Below the pieces are notes generated by a model. It saw only the letters and a program-made list of their open reading frames with translations, was not told the origin of the DNA and did no database searches. This document shows positions 25,733 through 35,600 of a DNA stretch of 61,514 nt, one piece after another. Position 1 is the first letter of the stretch. The number at the start of each line of letters is the position of its first letter. The stretch covers positions 1 to 61,514 of the forward strand of contig PLIM01000101.1 in NCBI GenBank assembly GCA_003139355.1, written 5' to 3'. Origin of the DNA: Acidimicrobiaceae bacterium. Lineage in GTDB: Bacteria; Actinomycetota; Acidimicrobiia; Acidimicrobiales; Bog-793. A program made the position numbers and the translations under genes.

Positions 25733-26068
25733 ATGGAGTCTCCTATGGTGTTTCGCTACGGCTACGGCTTTCACCACGGCCCGGGTGTCTTCGGTTGGCT
25801 CTTCCTCGCACTGGTGATCGCAGCGCTGGCACTCGGTGTCGTCGCCCTGGTCCGGATGTCGAGGTTCCCGGGCTCGCGCTCTCAGGACAGATCGTGGCCC
25901 GCTTCCGACCCGCGAGTCGACCCGGCGCTCACCGAGCTGCGCATCCGGTACGCGCGCGGCGAGCTCAGCTGGGAGGAGTACGCGCAGCGGGCAGTGAACC
26001 TGGGTTTCCCGGTCAAGCCCGGCTCCGGGCCGTTCATAGACCCGAACCAGCCGCCCCCGCCCCCGTAG
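25733..26068 (+). CDS. SHOCT-domain membrane protein
   Basis: One TM helix (WLFLALVIAALALGVVALV) followed by the SHOCT-like segment LTELRIRYARGELSWEEYAQR. Confidence 0.72.
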   Translation: MESPMVFRYGYGFHHGPGVFGWLFLALVIAALALGVVALVRMSRFPGSRSQDRSWPASDPRVDPALTELRIRYARGELSWEEYAQRAVNLGFPVKPGSGPFIDPNQPPPPP

Positions 26069-26134
26069 CAGACTGCAGCCACCACCACTCACTTCTCGGG
26101 ACGGTCGAGGAACTGCCCGGCCTTGCCTTGGTTG

Positions 26135-26989
26135 TCAACGCATCGAAGGCGAACGGCGCTGCTCCGCCACAGCGATCGTGCCCTGGCCAACGTGCGTCCC
26201 GATGACAGGACCGAGCCAACCGACACTGATGCGTTCCCTCGGGAACGAGGCTGCGAGAAGCTCGACGAACGAGTCGACGTCGGAGGCGGCGGCGTGCACG
26301 ACGACAAGGCGCTCGAGATCTCCCGCCTCGCGTGCCTTCGAGGCGAGGTACTCAAAGGAGCGAGAACGAGTCCGAGGGCGGGACTCGAGCTCGAGGGTGC
26401 CGTCTCGGATCTCGAGAACCGGCTTTATTTCGAGAAGACCGCCGAGCAGTGCCTGAGCCGACCCGAGCCGTCCGCCCTTTCGCAGATTGTCCAGGGAGTC
26501 GATTGCTCCGTAAAGCCCCACCCGATCGCGGCTCGCCATCGCCGCTGCCGCGACGGCCTCGAGGTCCCCGCCCGCTTCGGCGGCGGTGACGGCATCGAGC
26601 ACGACGAGCCCCTCGGCCATCGTCGCCAACAGCGAGTCGACGACACGGACTCGGATCCGACCGGCCACGCCCTCGGCCCCGATGACAGCGGCCTGGTAGG
26701 TCGCGGACAGCTTCGACGACAACGTGACGCAGACGATCCCTTCAGCGCCGTCGTCTGCCAGGGCAGAGAACGTCTCCTTGAAAGCCCCGGGCGACGGTGC
26801 CGAGGTCTCGGGCAACTGCACGATTTCGGCAGATCTCTTCCAGAACTCCTGGGGCGACCAAGTCGAGGTGACATCCGGTCCGAAGTCACCGAGCCGGACG
26901 TCGAGGTGCACGACGCTCACACCGTGGTCGGCGGCCACTGCCTTGTCGAGGTCGGCGGCGCTGTCAGTGACGACCCGGATCCGAGTCAT
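26135..26989 (-). CDS. DegV-family fatty-acid-binding protein
   Basis: N-terminus MTRIRVVTDSAADL and DegV-like sequence throughout. The start is set at ATG 26989 after GGGGGGAG. Confidence 0.88.
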   Translation of the reverse strand: MTRIRVVTDSAADLDKAVAADHGVSVVHLDVRLGDFGPDVTSTWSPQEFWKRSAEIVQLPETSAPSPGAFKETFSALADDGAEGIVCVTLSSKLSATYQAAVIGAEGVAGRIRVRVVDSLLATMAEGLVVLDAVTAAEAGGDLEAVAAAAMASRDRVGLYGAIDSLDNLRKGGRLGSAQALLGGLLEIKPVLEIRDGTLELESRPRTRSRSFEYLASKAREAGDLERLVVVHAAASDVDSFVELLAASFPRERISVGWLGPVIGTHVGQGTIAVAEQRRSPSMR

Positions 26990-27189
26990 GGGGCTCCCCC
27001 CTGGAGGCGGGACGCCGCCTCCGCCCACAGCTCGAGGCCGATCGGCACCTGGCACTTCTTCCGACATTCCTCGAACTCCATTCTGAGTACCCGACGCGAT
27101 ACCTTCTTAAGCGGAGGTGGTACTCCATTTTTGTTGGAAGGCTAACACGGAACTGGAGGCTGTCCTCCACTTACCGATAGGCTGAAGCG

Positions 27190-27906
27190 GTGATCAAAAT
27201 GCCGAACCGTGGCCGTTCGCACGCAAGCCCGGAGCCGACCACCGGGGCCGACGCTCAGGACCAGCCGACCTTGCGGGCCGACGCCGAACGAAACCGGGAA
27301 CGGATCGTCACCGCAGCCCAAGAGGTGTTTGCCGAGTGGGGCCTGAACGCGGCCCTCGAGAAGATCGCCCGGCGAGCCGGTGTGGGCATCGCCACGCTCT
27401 ACCGACGCTTCCCCTCCAGGGCCAACCTCATCGCGGCCAGCTTCGAGCGAAAGATGGCCGACTACGCCGCCGCAGCCGAGCACGCGCTGGACAACCCGGA
27501 CCCGTGGACCGGCTTCTGCTGGCTCATCAACAAGATCTGTGCGATGCAGGCCGCGGACGCCGGGCTGAAGGACTTGATCGCCATGAGGGTCCCTGCCTCT
27601 TCCGCGGTCGACGAACTCAGGAATCGAGCCCTACAGAGCCTGGAGCACCTCATCCAGCGAGCGCAACGGCAAGGCACACTGCGTTCCGACTTCGTCTCCG
27701 CCGACGTTCCCATGTTGCTCTTCGCCAACGCCGGAATTGTGACTGCAACTCGCGACGAGGCGCCCGACACGTGGCGGCGGTTCACCGCCTACATGATCGA
27801 CGCCTTCCGCGCCGACTCGTCAAGCTCACCCGGAGGATCTGCTCCGTCACGCGAACAACACCAGGCTCGGGTGCGAGGGCCGGAACGGGCAGCGCAGCCG
27901 GCCTAG
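27190..27906 (+). CDS. TetR/AcrR-family transcriptional regulator
   Basis: HTH segment RIVTAAQEVFAEWGLNAALEKIARRAGVGIATLYRRFPSR. Confidence 0.9.
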   Translation: MIKMPNRGRSHASPEPTTGADAQDQPTLRADAERNRERIVTAAQEVFAEWGLNAALEKIARRAGVGIATLYRRFPSRANLIAASFERKMADYAAAAEHALDNPDPWTGFCWLINKICAMQAADAGLKDLIAMRVPASSAVDELRNRALQSLEHLIQRAQRQGTLRSDFVSADVPMLLFANAGIVTATRDEAPDTWRRFTAYMIDAFRADSSSSPGGSAPSREQHQARVRGPERAAQPA

Positions 27907-28370
27907 CCGGCACGAGGAGCGCCGCAGCAGCTGGCGCGAGCGCGGCCGGGTCGACCGCGCCACCGATCTGGCGCGACGTGTAGACGAGACCGGAGGCGAG
28001 TCCCGCCTCGTGCGGCGAGTACCCGTCGACTCCTGCAGGTACGGCAAAACGAAGAACCACATCGCGAACAAGGCGCCCGACTGCAGCAACATCACGACGT
28101 TGGCGGTCCAGATGGATCCTCGAACCAACAGCGTGAGCCGCATGAGCGGCGACTTGCCACGAACCCATCGTGAGGCACGAACCAGGCCATCTCTTCGGCG
28201 GCAAGCCCGAGGGCGACTCGGGCTCGGCTGCCTTGCAGGAACGCCCACCCAGCAACCATGCTCACGATCCCGATGGGGATGTTGACGAAGAGGATCCAGC
28301 GCCACGACAGCTCCTCGGTGAGATCCCACCGGGAAGGAGGAAACCTGCGAACCTCAGTGTGTACCTGCAA
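27907..28370 (-). pseudogene. decayed DHA2-type MFS efflux pump remnant
   Basis: MFS-like peptides lie in three frames. These are LSWRWILFVNIPIGIVSMVAGWAFL, then PLMRLTLLVRGSIWTANVVMLLQSGALFAMWFFVLPYLQ, then GYSPHEAGLASGL..YTSRQIGGA. The N-terminal TMs and a large internal block are missing. Confidence 0.5.
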
Positions 28371-28521
28371 CCAGCTCGCCGAAGGTCTGTCGCGTGCCAG
28401 GTGCAGGCACCGGCTGCTCGGGTGACCGCGACCCTCGTGAACTTGCCGCTCCGGATCGAAGAGCTCCGCTGATCAGATCTCGCTACCGTGGACAGATGGT
28501 CGTGACTGGACGGTCAGGGAG

Positions 28522-29199
28522 ATGACGGGCGCTCGCGAGCACAACTGGACGATCGGGACCATCACCGGGCTCATCGCTTTGGCAGCGTTCGTGGGCGGGC
28601 CCAAGCTCGAGAAGCTCAAGATAACAGCGCTTGACCCACTACATGTCACCTGGATCAGCGCAGCGATACTCCTCGTCTTCGGCGTCATCGCCACGCGGCG
28701 CATCGCCGCCGGCCTTGGCCACCTCGTCACGCTGCGATCGATCGCGGCCGCCGGGGCCGCGGTGCGGCTGCTTGCAACCGGCATCGGCTACATCGTGGTC
28801 GTCTTCGCCGTGTTCGGAGTGCTCGACGTGCCTATCGATCAACTGCTTGTCGGTGCAGGACTCGCCGGAGTCGTACTCGGCATTGCGGCACAGCAAAGCC
28901 TTGGAAACGTCTTTGCCGCGCTCGTGCTCCTCCTCGCGAGGCCCTTCAAGGTCGGCGACCATGTTCGGATCCGCTCAGGAGCGCTTGGCGGGATATTCGA
29001 TGCCTGGGTACTCGAAGTCAGCCTGACCTACGTGACAGTGCGCACCGATGACGGAGAGCTCAAGATACCCAACTCGGCCATGCTCGCCGCTGGCGTCGGG
29101 CAACTCCCAGGCGCACCGCCAGAACCGGTCACGCCGAGGACCGACCTCAGCCGACAACCGGACGTCGATAGACCAAGTTCTGAGCGTCAAGTGCCGTAG
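28522..29199 (+). CDS. small-conductance mechanosensitive channel (MscS) family protein
   Basis: Three TM helices followed by the pore/beta-domain motif AAQQSLGNVFAALVLLLARPFKVGDHVRI..VLEVSLTYVTVRT. Confidence 0.85.
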   Translation: MTGAREHNWTIGTITGLIALAAFVGGPKLEKLKITALDPLHVTWISAAILLVFGVIATRRIAAGLGHLVTLRSIAAAGAAVRLLATGIGYIVVVFAVFGVLDVPIDQLLVGAGLAGVVLGIAAQQSLGNVFAALVLLLARPFKVGDHVRIRSGALGGIFDAWVLEVSLTYVTVRTDDGELKIPNSAMLAAGVGQLPGAPPEPVTPRTDLSRQPDVDRPSSERQVP

Positions 29200-29265
29200 G
29201 CTCTCATTTGGCAGGGGGCGGCGCCGCCTCTTCAGGGCTGAACAACTGAATCGTGGTGGAGCGAG

Positions 29266-32127
29266 ATGACCTTCGGCCGACTTGCGGAGTTCGACGGCTT
29301 GCCAGAGGAGTTCTCGGCAGCGCAGCTCCTCGCAGCTGTAGTTGGCTCGAGTGAAGACGCGATCGACGCGGTCCGCCTCGACGGCGCGATCGTGGGCTGG
29401 AACCTCGCAGCCGAACGCCTGTTGGGCTGGACGGCGGCCGAGACCATCGGCCAGCACATCAAGATGATCCTGCCCGAGACCCGGAGGGAGGAGTTCTCGA
29501 CGATCACGGCCCGACTCGCCCGGGGTGAGCACACCGACCGCTTCGAGACGGCACGAGCTCACAAGGACGGCTCCGAGGTGCAGGTGACGCTGACGATCTC
29601 ACCGATTCGCTCCTCCGACGGGCTCGTCGTCGGGTCCTTGGGCATCGCTCGCGACTTCGCGAGTCGGCGACGCTCGGAGGAGATTCAAGGGCTGCTCGCC
29701 TCGATCGTGGAGAGCGCTGAGGATGCCATCGTGAGCATCGACTTGGACGGGTGCGTGACGAGCTGGAACCGAGGCGCCGAACGCCTCTACGGCTACAGCG
29801 TCGCCGAGATGGTTGGTCGCCCTTATGGCGAGATCCTCAATCCAGAAGCTCTCGAGGACCACGGGTGGGTGTTCGCCAAGGGGGTGGCCGGGGAGCGTCT
29901 GAGCCGCCACGAGACGGTGCGGACCAGGCGCGACGGCACGAATGTCGAGGTGTCGATGAGCCTGTCGCCGATCCTCGCCTCGGACGGCTCGATCGTCGGG
30001 GAGGCGGGGATCCTGCACGACATCACAGAGCGCAGGCAGCGCGAGCGCGAGCTCGTGGAGAGCCGGACACTGCTCGAACAAGCCCAGCGCGTCGGGCAGA
30101 TCGGCGGGTGGACGTGCGGGATCGCCCTGAACGCACCACTGCTCTGCACGAGAGAGACGTTCCGGATCTTCGGAACCGTCGAGCGTCCTGACCTGACGCT
30201 GGCGGACTACTTCGAACGTGTCCACCCTGACGATCTCGAGCGCGTGCGAACGGCAGTGCTCTCAGCGATCGCCCAAGAGGGCCACTACGCGCTCGAGCAC
30301 CGGATCGTGCGCCCGGACGGCACGCAACGGTGGGTTGTCGGAGCAGCGGACGTCGTCGCCGACGCGAGCGGGGTGCCAGTCGAGGCGATCGGCGTCGTGC
30401 AGGACATCACGGACCGCCGCGAGGCCGAAGTGAAGGCACAGGGCGTCGAGAGCCAGCTCCGCCTGCTCGCCGAGAACTCGCAGGACCTCATATTCCGCTA
30501 CCGGATCGCCGATCCCGGCTTCGAGTTCGTGAGCCCGGCGTCCCTCGCCATCACCGGGTACACGCCGGACGAGTTCTACGCCCAGCCTGAGCTCTTCGAC
30601 CGTCTCATCGATTCCGCCGCTCGTGACCTCTGGCTGGCGCGGGTGCTTTCGGGCCATGACAGGGCGGCGGTCGACATCGAGCTCGTGCGCAAGGACGGCT
30701 CCAAACTCTGGGTCAGCCAGCGCCTCGACGTCGTGCGTGGCGCGGGCGGGGAGATCATCGGAGTGGATGGCATCACTCGTGACATCAGCGACCGGAAGGC
30801 GGCCGAACTGCGCCTCGAGCACGAGGCCCTCCACGATCCTCTCACCGCGCTGCCCAACCGGGTGCTGGCAATGGACCGGATCGAGCACGGGCTGTCACGC
30901 GCTGCCCGTGAACATCGGCTGGTTGCGGTGCTCTTCGTGGACCTGGACCGGTTCAAGGTCTTCAACGACACGCGGGGCCACGGTTTCGGCGATTCCGTGC
31001 TGATGGCCGTCGCCAATAGGTTGGTGGAATGCTCGCGCGCTGAGGACACCGTGAGCCGTTTCAGCGGCGATGAGTTCGTCGTCGTGTGCGAGAAGCTCCT
31101 CGTCGCTGCCGATGCGATCAAGATCGCCGACCACATCCTGAGCTCGTTCACCGCCCCGTTCGATATCGATGGCGAAGATGTGCACGTGACGGCGTCGATC
31201 GGGATCGCCACCGGCACAGAAGCCGAGAACGCCGACAAGCTGCTGCGCGACGCCGACCTCGCGATGTACCGTGCCAAGGATCGAGGCAGGGCACGCTACG
31301 AGGTGTTCGACGACACTTTGCGGGCCGAAGCCGAACGGCGCTCTACCGTCGAGGCGGGCCTGCGTCGCGCACTCGACAACCACGAATTTGCGCTCGTCTT
31401 CCAGCCCGTGTGGTCAATGACCGAGGAGCGTTTCGTCGGTGGCGAAGCACTCCTGCGCTGGCACGACCCCGATCGCGGGACAATCGGCCCGGCGGACTTC
31501 ATCCCGGTTGCCGAGGAGTGCGGGCTGATCGTCCCGATCGGCGAATGGGTGCTCGAACAGGCGTGCACATCACTTGCACGTTGGAGCCGGCCGGGATCTC
31601 GACAGGCAGCGTGCACGATGTCGGTCAACGTCTCAGCCGTGCAACTGCGGTCCCACGAGTTCACCCACGCCTTGGAGAAACTACTTGCAGCACCGGGCAT
31701 CGAACCAAGCCTGCTCTGCCTCGAGATCACCGAGTCCGTGCTGATGGAAGACGTCGACTACTTCTCCAAGGTGCTCCATGAGCTGCAGGCCATCGGGATG
31801 CGCCTTTCAATCGACGACTTCGGCACCGGGTATTCCTCGCTCGCCTACCTGCGTCGATTCCCGGTCGACGAGCTCAAGATCGATCGGTCCTTCGTCACCG
31901 ACCTGGACTCCGACCCCTACGATGCCACCCTCGTGGCAGCCGTGATCGCGATCGGTGACGCGCTCGGTCTCCGCGTCGTCGCCGAGGGCGTCGAGACCAC
32001 CGAGGAACTCGCGGCACTGCGTGACCTCGGGTGCCAGTACGCACAGGGGTACCTGTTCGCTCGCCCGTGCAGCTTGGACCAGTACGTGGAGTTCCTCGAG
32101 GGCGGCCGCCTGGCTCCTGGTGACTGA
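29266..32127 (+). CDS. multi-PAS GGDEF-EAL c-di-GMP signalling protein
   Basis: About four PAS repeats. The GGDEF site reads RFSGDEFVVV, with RAED (an RxxD I-site) 5 residues upstream. EAL motifs present: GGEALLRW, LEITES, DDFGTGYSSL, KIDRSF, AEGVET and QGYLFARP. Confidence 0.93.
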   Translation: MTFGRLAEFDGLPEEFSAAQLLAAVVGSSEDAIDAVRLDGAIVGWNLAAERLLGWTAAETIGQHIKMILPETRREEFSTITARLARGEHTDRFETARAHKDGSEVQVTLTISPIRSSDGLVVGSLGIARDFASRRRSEEIQGLLASIVESAEDAIVSIDLDGCVTSWNRGAERLYGYSVAEMVGRPYGEILNPEALEDHGWVFAKGVAGERLSRHETVRTRRDGTNVEVSMSLSPILASDGSIVGEAGILHDITERRQRERELVESRTLLEQAQRVGQIGGWTCGIALNAPLLCTRETFRIFGTVERPDLTLADYFERVHPDDLERVRTAVLSAIAQEGHYALEHRIVRPDGTQRWVVGAADVVADASGVPVEAIGVVQDITDRREAEVKAQGVESQLRLLAENSQDLIFRYRIADPGFEFVSPASLAITGYTPDEFYAQPELFDRLIDSAARDLWLARVLSGHDRAAVDIELVRKDGSKLWVSQRLDVVRGAGGEIIGVDGITRDISDRKAAELRLEHEALHDPLTALPNRVLAMDRIEHGLSRAAREHRLVAVLFVDLDRFKVFNDTRGHGFGDSVLMAVANRLVECSRAEDTVSRFSGDEFVVVCEKLLVAADAIKIADHILSSFTAPFDIDGEDVHVTASIGIATGTEAENADKLLRDADLAMYRAKDRGRARYEVFDDTLRAEAERRSTVEAGLRRALDNHEFALVFQPVWSMTEERFVGGEALLRWHDPDRGTIGPADFIPVAEECGLIVPIGEWVLEQACTSLARWSRPGSRQAACTMSVNVSAVQLRSHEFTHALEKLLAAPGIEPSLLCLEITESVLMEDVDYFSKVLHELQAIGMRLSIDDFGTGYSSLAYLRRFPVDELKIDRSFVTDLDSDPYDATLVAAVIAIGDALGLRVVAEGVETTEELAALRDLGCQYAQGYLFARPCSLDQYVEFLEGGRLAPGD

Positions 32128-32235
32128 ATGAGTCGTCAGGTCTGCCACCTGCGCGTCTACGGCTTCATGATCTGGCCATCGATGCCTTGAGCCGTCAGCT
32201 CAGCTCGACGTGCTCCGGCGGATTCGCGGCGGTTG

Positions 32236-33780
32236 TCACGGCGGCGTCGCAGCTGCGTCACGGCCGGTCGCCGCGAACAGCGTCACGCCTTGGCGACCTG
32301 TTCGTTTCGACTCGTACATCGCGCTGTCGGCCTGAGCGAGAAAGGCGTCGGCACCGAGCGCTCCGTCAGTCCACGCGACGCCGACGCTTGTCCGCAGCTC
32401 GACTACATCGGGCCCGACGTCGACCGTGGCCGTCGTCGCCGCCGCGACGCGCTCAGCGATCCTGACTGCTTGAGCCGAGCTTTCGACTCGCGGGCAGATC
32501 ACAAGGAACTCGTCGCCACCAACGCGACCGACGGCGTCACCTCTTCGCGCGGCGCCACGAAGCCGCTCGCCGGCCGCGGCCAAAAGGCGGTCACCGGCCG
32601 CGTGACCGAACCGGTCGTTCACGGACTTGAATCGGTCGAGGTCGACGAAGATCACGGCGCTTCCCTCACCGGGCGCCTTTGGGGCAGTGGTCATCTGCTC
32701 GACGAGCTCGAGCGACGCCTCTCGATTCAGACATGAAGTGAGCTTGTCGACCGACGCTCTCATCTCGAGCTCGCGGTGAAGTTGAGCACGGTCGGTCACA
32801 TCGCTGAGACATCCGACGGCGCCAGTCACGACGCCGCTCGTGTCAGTGAGCGCGCGCAGGCTCAGCGCGCACACCCGCTCGGTGCCGGAAGCCGGCGGCG
32901 CGTCCGCTCCGGGGAAGCGAAGCCGTACTTCGACGTCGTCGACCGGTTCATCGGCAAGTACCGCGGCGAGCGCCGCCTCGAACACCGGTCGGTCCTCTGC
33001 GACGACAGATGCCGTCAGTGCTTCCACGGTTTCCGCGGACAGGTCGCCAACGATCGTGTGCATGAGATCGTTGGTGAAGGCGACGTGGCCGGCCATGTCG
33101 ATCTCGAACAGACCGATCGGCAGCGCTTCGGACAACCGGCTCAATAGTTGCTCGCGAGATAGGAGCCTCGATATCTCCCGCTCGGCGACCTTCTGCTCTG
33201 TGATGTCCTGTACCAGGAGGCAGATCCTTCTCGCAGAGCCTTGCAGGCCTGCGAGTGGAGCGAGCCTGCCTTGAAACCACCGCAAGCCCGCCGGAACCTC
33301 GAGGCAGTATTCCCATATCTGCGGGCGACCCGTTTCGAAGACCTGGCCAATGACTTCGGCCAAACCGAGGCCGATCTCCTCACTGATGGCCTCCCGGTGT
33401 GTCCGGCCGAGCAATTCACTCCGGGGCGCTGCGAGCAGGGCGTCATTTGTGGTCCAGATCCCGAGGTAGGTGCCATTCTCGTCGAGCTCGAACACGACGT
33501 CAGCGAGAGAGGAAAGAAACGAATGAAGGCGGGCTTCGCTTTCCCTCAGAGCCTCAACGGCCCGCTGAGATTCGCTCATGTCGATCACCACGTCCTGCCA
33601 GAACCGAGAAGCGCCATTGCTCCCACACACGAGCATCGCCTGGTCGTACGCCCACAGCATAAGGCCGTCTGCGGCCACGATCCGGTACCCGGCCGAGCCC
33701 GGTCGGGATTCTTTGCTGTAAGTTCCTCGCTCTCGCGACCGAAGACCGTTGTTTGGCATCGGCGGCTCCCACGAGCGCAC
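32236..33780 (-). CDS. PAS-domain diguanylate cyclase (GGDEF)
   Basis: RVGGDEFLVI with RRGD (I-site) 5 residues upstream. Several PAS modules. The N-terminus begins inside a PAS domain. Confidence 0.9.
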   Translation of the reverse strand: MRSWEPPMPNNGLRSRERGTYSKESRPGSAGYRIVAADGLMLWAYDQAMLVCGSNGASRFWQDVVIDMSESQRAVEALRESEARLHSFLSSLADVVFELDENGTYLGIWTTNDALLAAPRSELLGRTHREAISEEIGLGLAEVIGQVFETGRPQIWEYCLEVPAGLRWFQGRLAPLAGLQGSARRICLLVQDITEQKVAEREISRLLSREQLLSRLSEALPIGLFEIDMAGHVAFTNDLMHTIVGDLSAETVEALTASVVAEDRPVFEAALAAVLADEPVDDVEVRLRFPGADAPPASGTERVCALSLRALTDTSGVVTGAVGCLSDVTDRAQLHRELEMRASVDKLTSCLNREASLELVEQMTTAPKAPGEGSAVIFVDLDRFKSVNDRFGHAAGDRLLAAAGERLRGAARRGDAVGRVGGDEFLVICPRVESSAQAVRIAERVAAATTATVDVGPDVVELRTSVGVAWTDGALGADAFLAQADSAMYESKRTGRQGVTLFAATGRDAAATPP

Positions 33781-33929
33781 AGCTCCGCGTTGGCGTCACT
33801 TGGCACAGGCGGGTTGTACACCGAATTGACCACTATCTGAGTATCGGCTCTGGGGCCAAAGAGATTGAGAGAGTGTGCTGGCGGTCATGGGAATTGCGGG
33901 CGTTGCCCCGTCCGAGGCGCTTGAGAGCT

Positions 33930-35324
33930 CTAGCCCGCCACAGCTCGAGCGAAGCGCTCGAAGTTGCCGAGGAACCTGTCAACGTCGGAATCGTCGTGCT
34001 GGACCGAGATGAGCCACTGTTCGGTCTTCCCCCAGGGAGGGAGGAACACCCCGCCGTTGTGCTGGAACAGCCAGTGGGCGTGGTTGTACCGGTCGTCGAT
34101 CTCAAGGAAGTCCCGGTAGTCACGCACCGGCTCGGTCGAGAACGTCACGCAACCCTTCGCCCCGACAGACACCACGTGGGCGGGTAGGCCGGCTCGGGCG
34201 ATCACAGCCGTGAATGTTTGGTCGATCCGCTCCCGCAGGGCGCCGATCTTCTCGTAGGCCTCCTCGGTGGCGACCTGTTCCAGCATGGCCCGGCCCACAG
34301 CGACTGATAGCGCGTTCCCGTTGAATGTCCCGACCATGTTGTAGACGCCGTTGGCCACGTAGCTCATGACCTCCTGCGTGCCTCCAACGGCGCCGAAGAC
34401 CAGGCCGCCGCCAATCGCCTTCGCCAGGCAGACGATGTCCGGCGTGATCCCGTAATATCCCGTGGCCCCACCGGGACCGACGGTGAGGCCGGTCTTGACC
34501 TCGTCGAAGGTGAGCAGAGCCCCGTGCTCGTGGAGCACCTCCTTCAAGCCGGCCAGATAGCCCTCGACCGGCAGGATTATGCCGGCGTTCATCATGATCG
34601 GCTCGATGATCATGCCGGCGACTTGACCAGGGTTCTCCTCGAGCAGGCGCCGGACGCTGTCGACGCTATTGAACGACGCGATCTTCGTGAGCGAAAGGAC
34701 GGCCTCCGGGATGCCCGTGCTGGCGGGTGCCCCGACAGGCCGGTCCGCTGGGCCAATCTCGTCGGCCTCGGGCGTGACCGACACTTGCACCGAGTCGTGG
34801 TGGCCGTGGTAGCAGCCTTCGACCTTGATGATCAGGTCCCGACCGGTGATCGCCCGCATGAGATGGACGGCGTCCATGGTCGACTCCGTGCCCGAGTTGG
34901 TGAAGCGCCACAAGGGCAGGCCGAAGCGATTGCCCAGATCCTCGGCCACGACGATGGCGTCCTCGGTCGGCTGGGCAAAGTGGGTGCCCCGGACGACCCG
35001 GCGGCACACCGCTTCGACGATCGCCGGATGGGCATGTCCGGCCAGGCTCGCGCCGTAGCCGCCGTGCATGTCGACGTATTCGGTACCGTCGACGTCGTAG
35101 ATCTTCGAGCCGGTGCCATGGCTGATCCAAACCGCCTGGGGGCGCGTTATCTGCCAGCTCGAGGTCACCCCGCCGGCGAGGGCGCGCTTGGCACGGCCGC
35201 TCAGCTGCCGGGACCGGGGCTGGCGGCCAACGAAGATCTGCTCCTGTTCGGCGACGACGGCTTCCAACCGTCTGCTGACCTCCTTGCTGGTCGCGCGGGT
35301 GGCTTTGGGCAATTGGACTGCCAT
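33930..35324 (-). CDS. class-III (omega/GSA-type) PLP aminotransferase family protein
   Basis: VDMHGGYGASLAGHAHP and LTFDEVKTG (PLP Lys region). The start is set at ATG 35324 after GGAGAG. Confidence 0.87.
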   Translation of the reverse strand: MAVQLPKATRATSKEVSRRLEAVVAEQEQIFVGRQPRSRQLSGRAKRALAGGVTSSWQITRPQAVWISHGTGSKIYDVDGTEYVDMHGGYGASLAGHAHPAIVEAVCRRVVRGTHFAQPTEDAIVVAEDLGNRFGLPLWRFTNSGTESTMDAVHLMRAITGRDLIIKVEGCYHGHHDSVQVSVTPEADEIGPADRPVGAPASTGIPEAVLSLTKIASFNSVDSVRRLLEENPGQVAGMIIEPIMMNAGIILPVEGYLAGLKEVLHEHGALLTFDEVKTGLTVGPGGATGYYGITPDIVCLAKAIGGGLVFGAVGGTQEVMSYVANGVYNMVGTFNGNALSVAVGRAMLEQVATEEAYEKIGALRERIDQTFTAVIARAGLPAHVVSVGAKGCVTFSTEPVRDYRDFLEIDDRYNHAHWLFQHNGGVFLPPWGKTEQWLISVQHDDSDVDRFLGNFERFARAVAG

Positions 35325-35600
35325 TGGTATCTCTCCGTTCGGGCGGCACCAGTGTCCGCCCGGTGCCGTCGCCTCTTTGCTCCCTTGACCAAACACTCAG
35401 TCAATGAGCCTGGATTTCTTGATGATCAGCAATTCTAGGCCGCCGCGGACACTGACGAGGTGGGCCGCCTCGTCACCTCCAACGCAGGCTAGTGCGACGG
35501 CACGTGCATCTACCTGGCCAACCTGAGGACCGGTGACACGCACGCGCATGGCGGCGCCTTCTGGACGAGCCACGAGCAGGCGGCAGGACCACTGCGGAGG

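Noticed and set aside
26964-27170. 68-aa ORF in the DegV-TetR spacer
   Set aside because: It lies in AT-rich intergenic DNA, has poor codon bias and overlaps the likely promoter/operator region.
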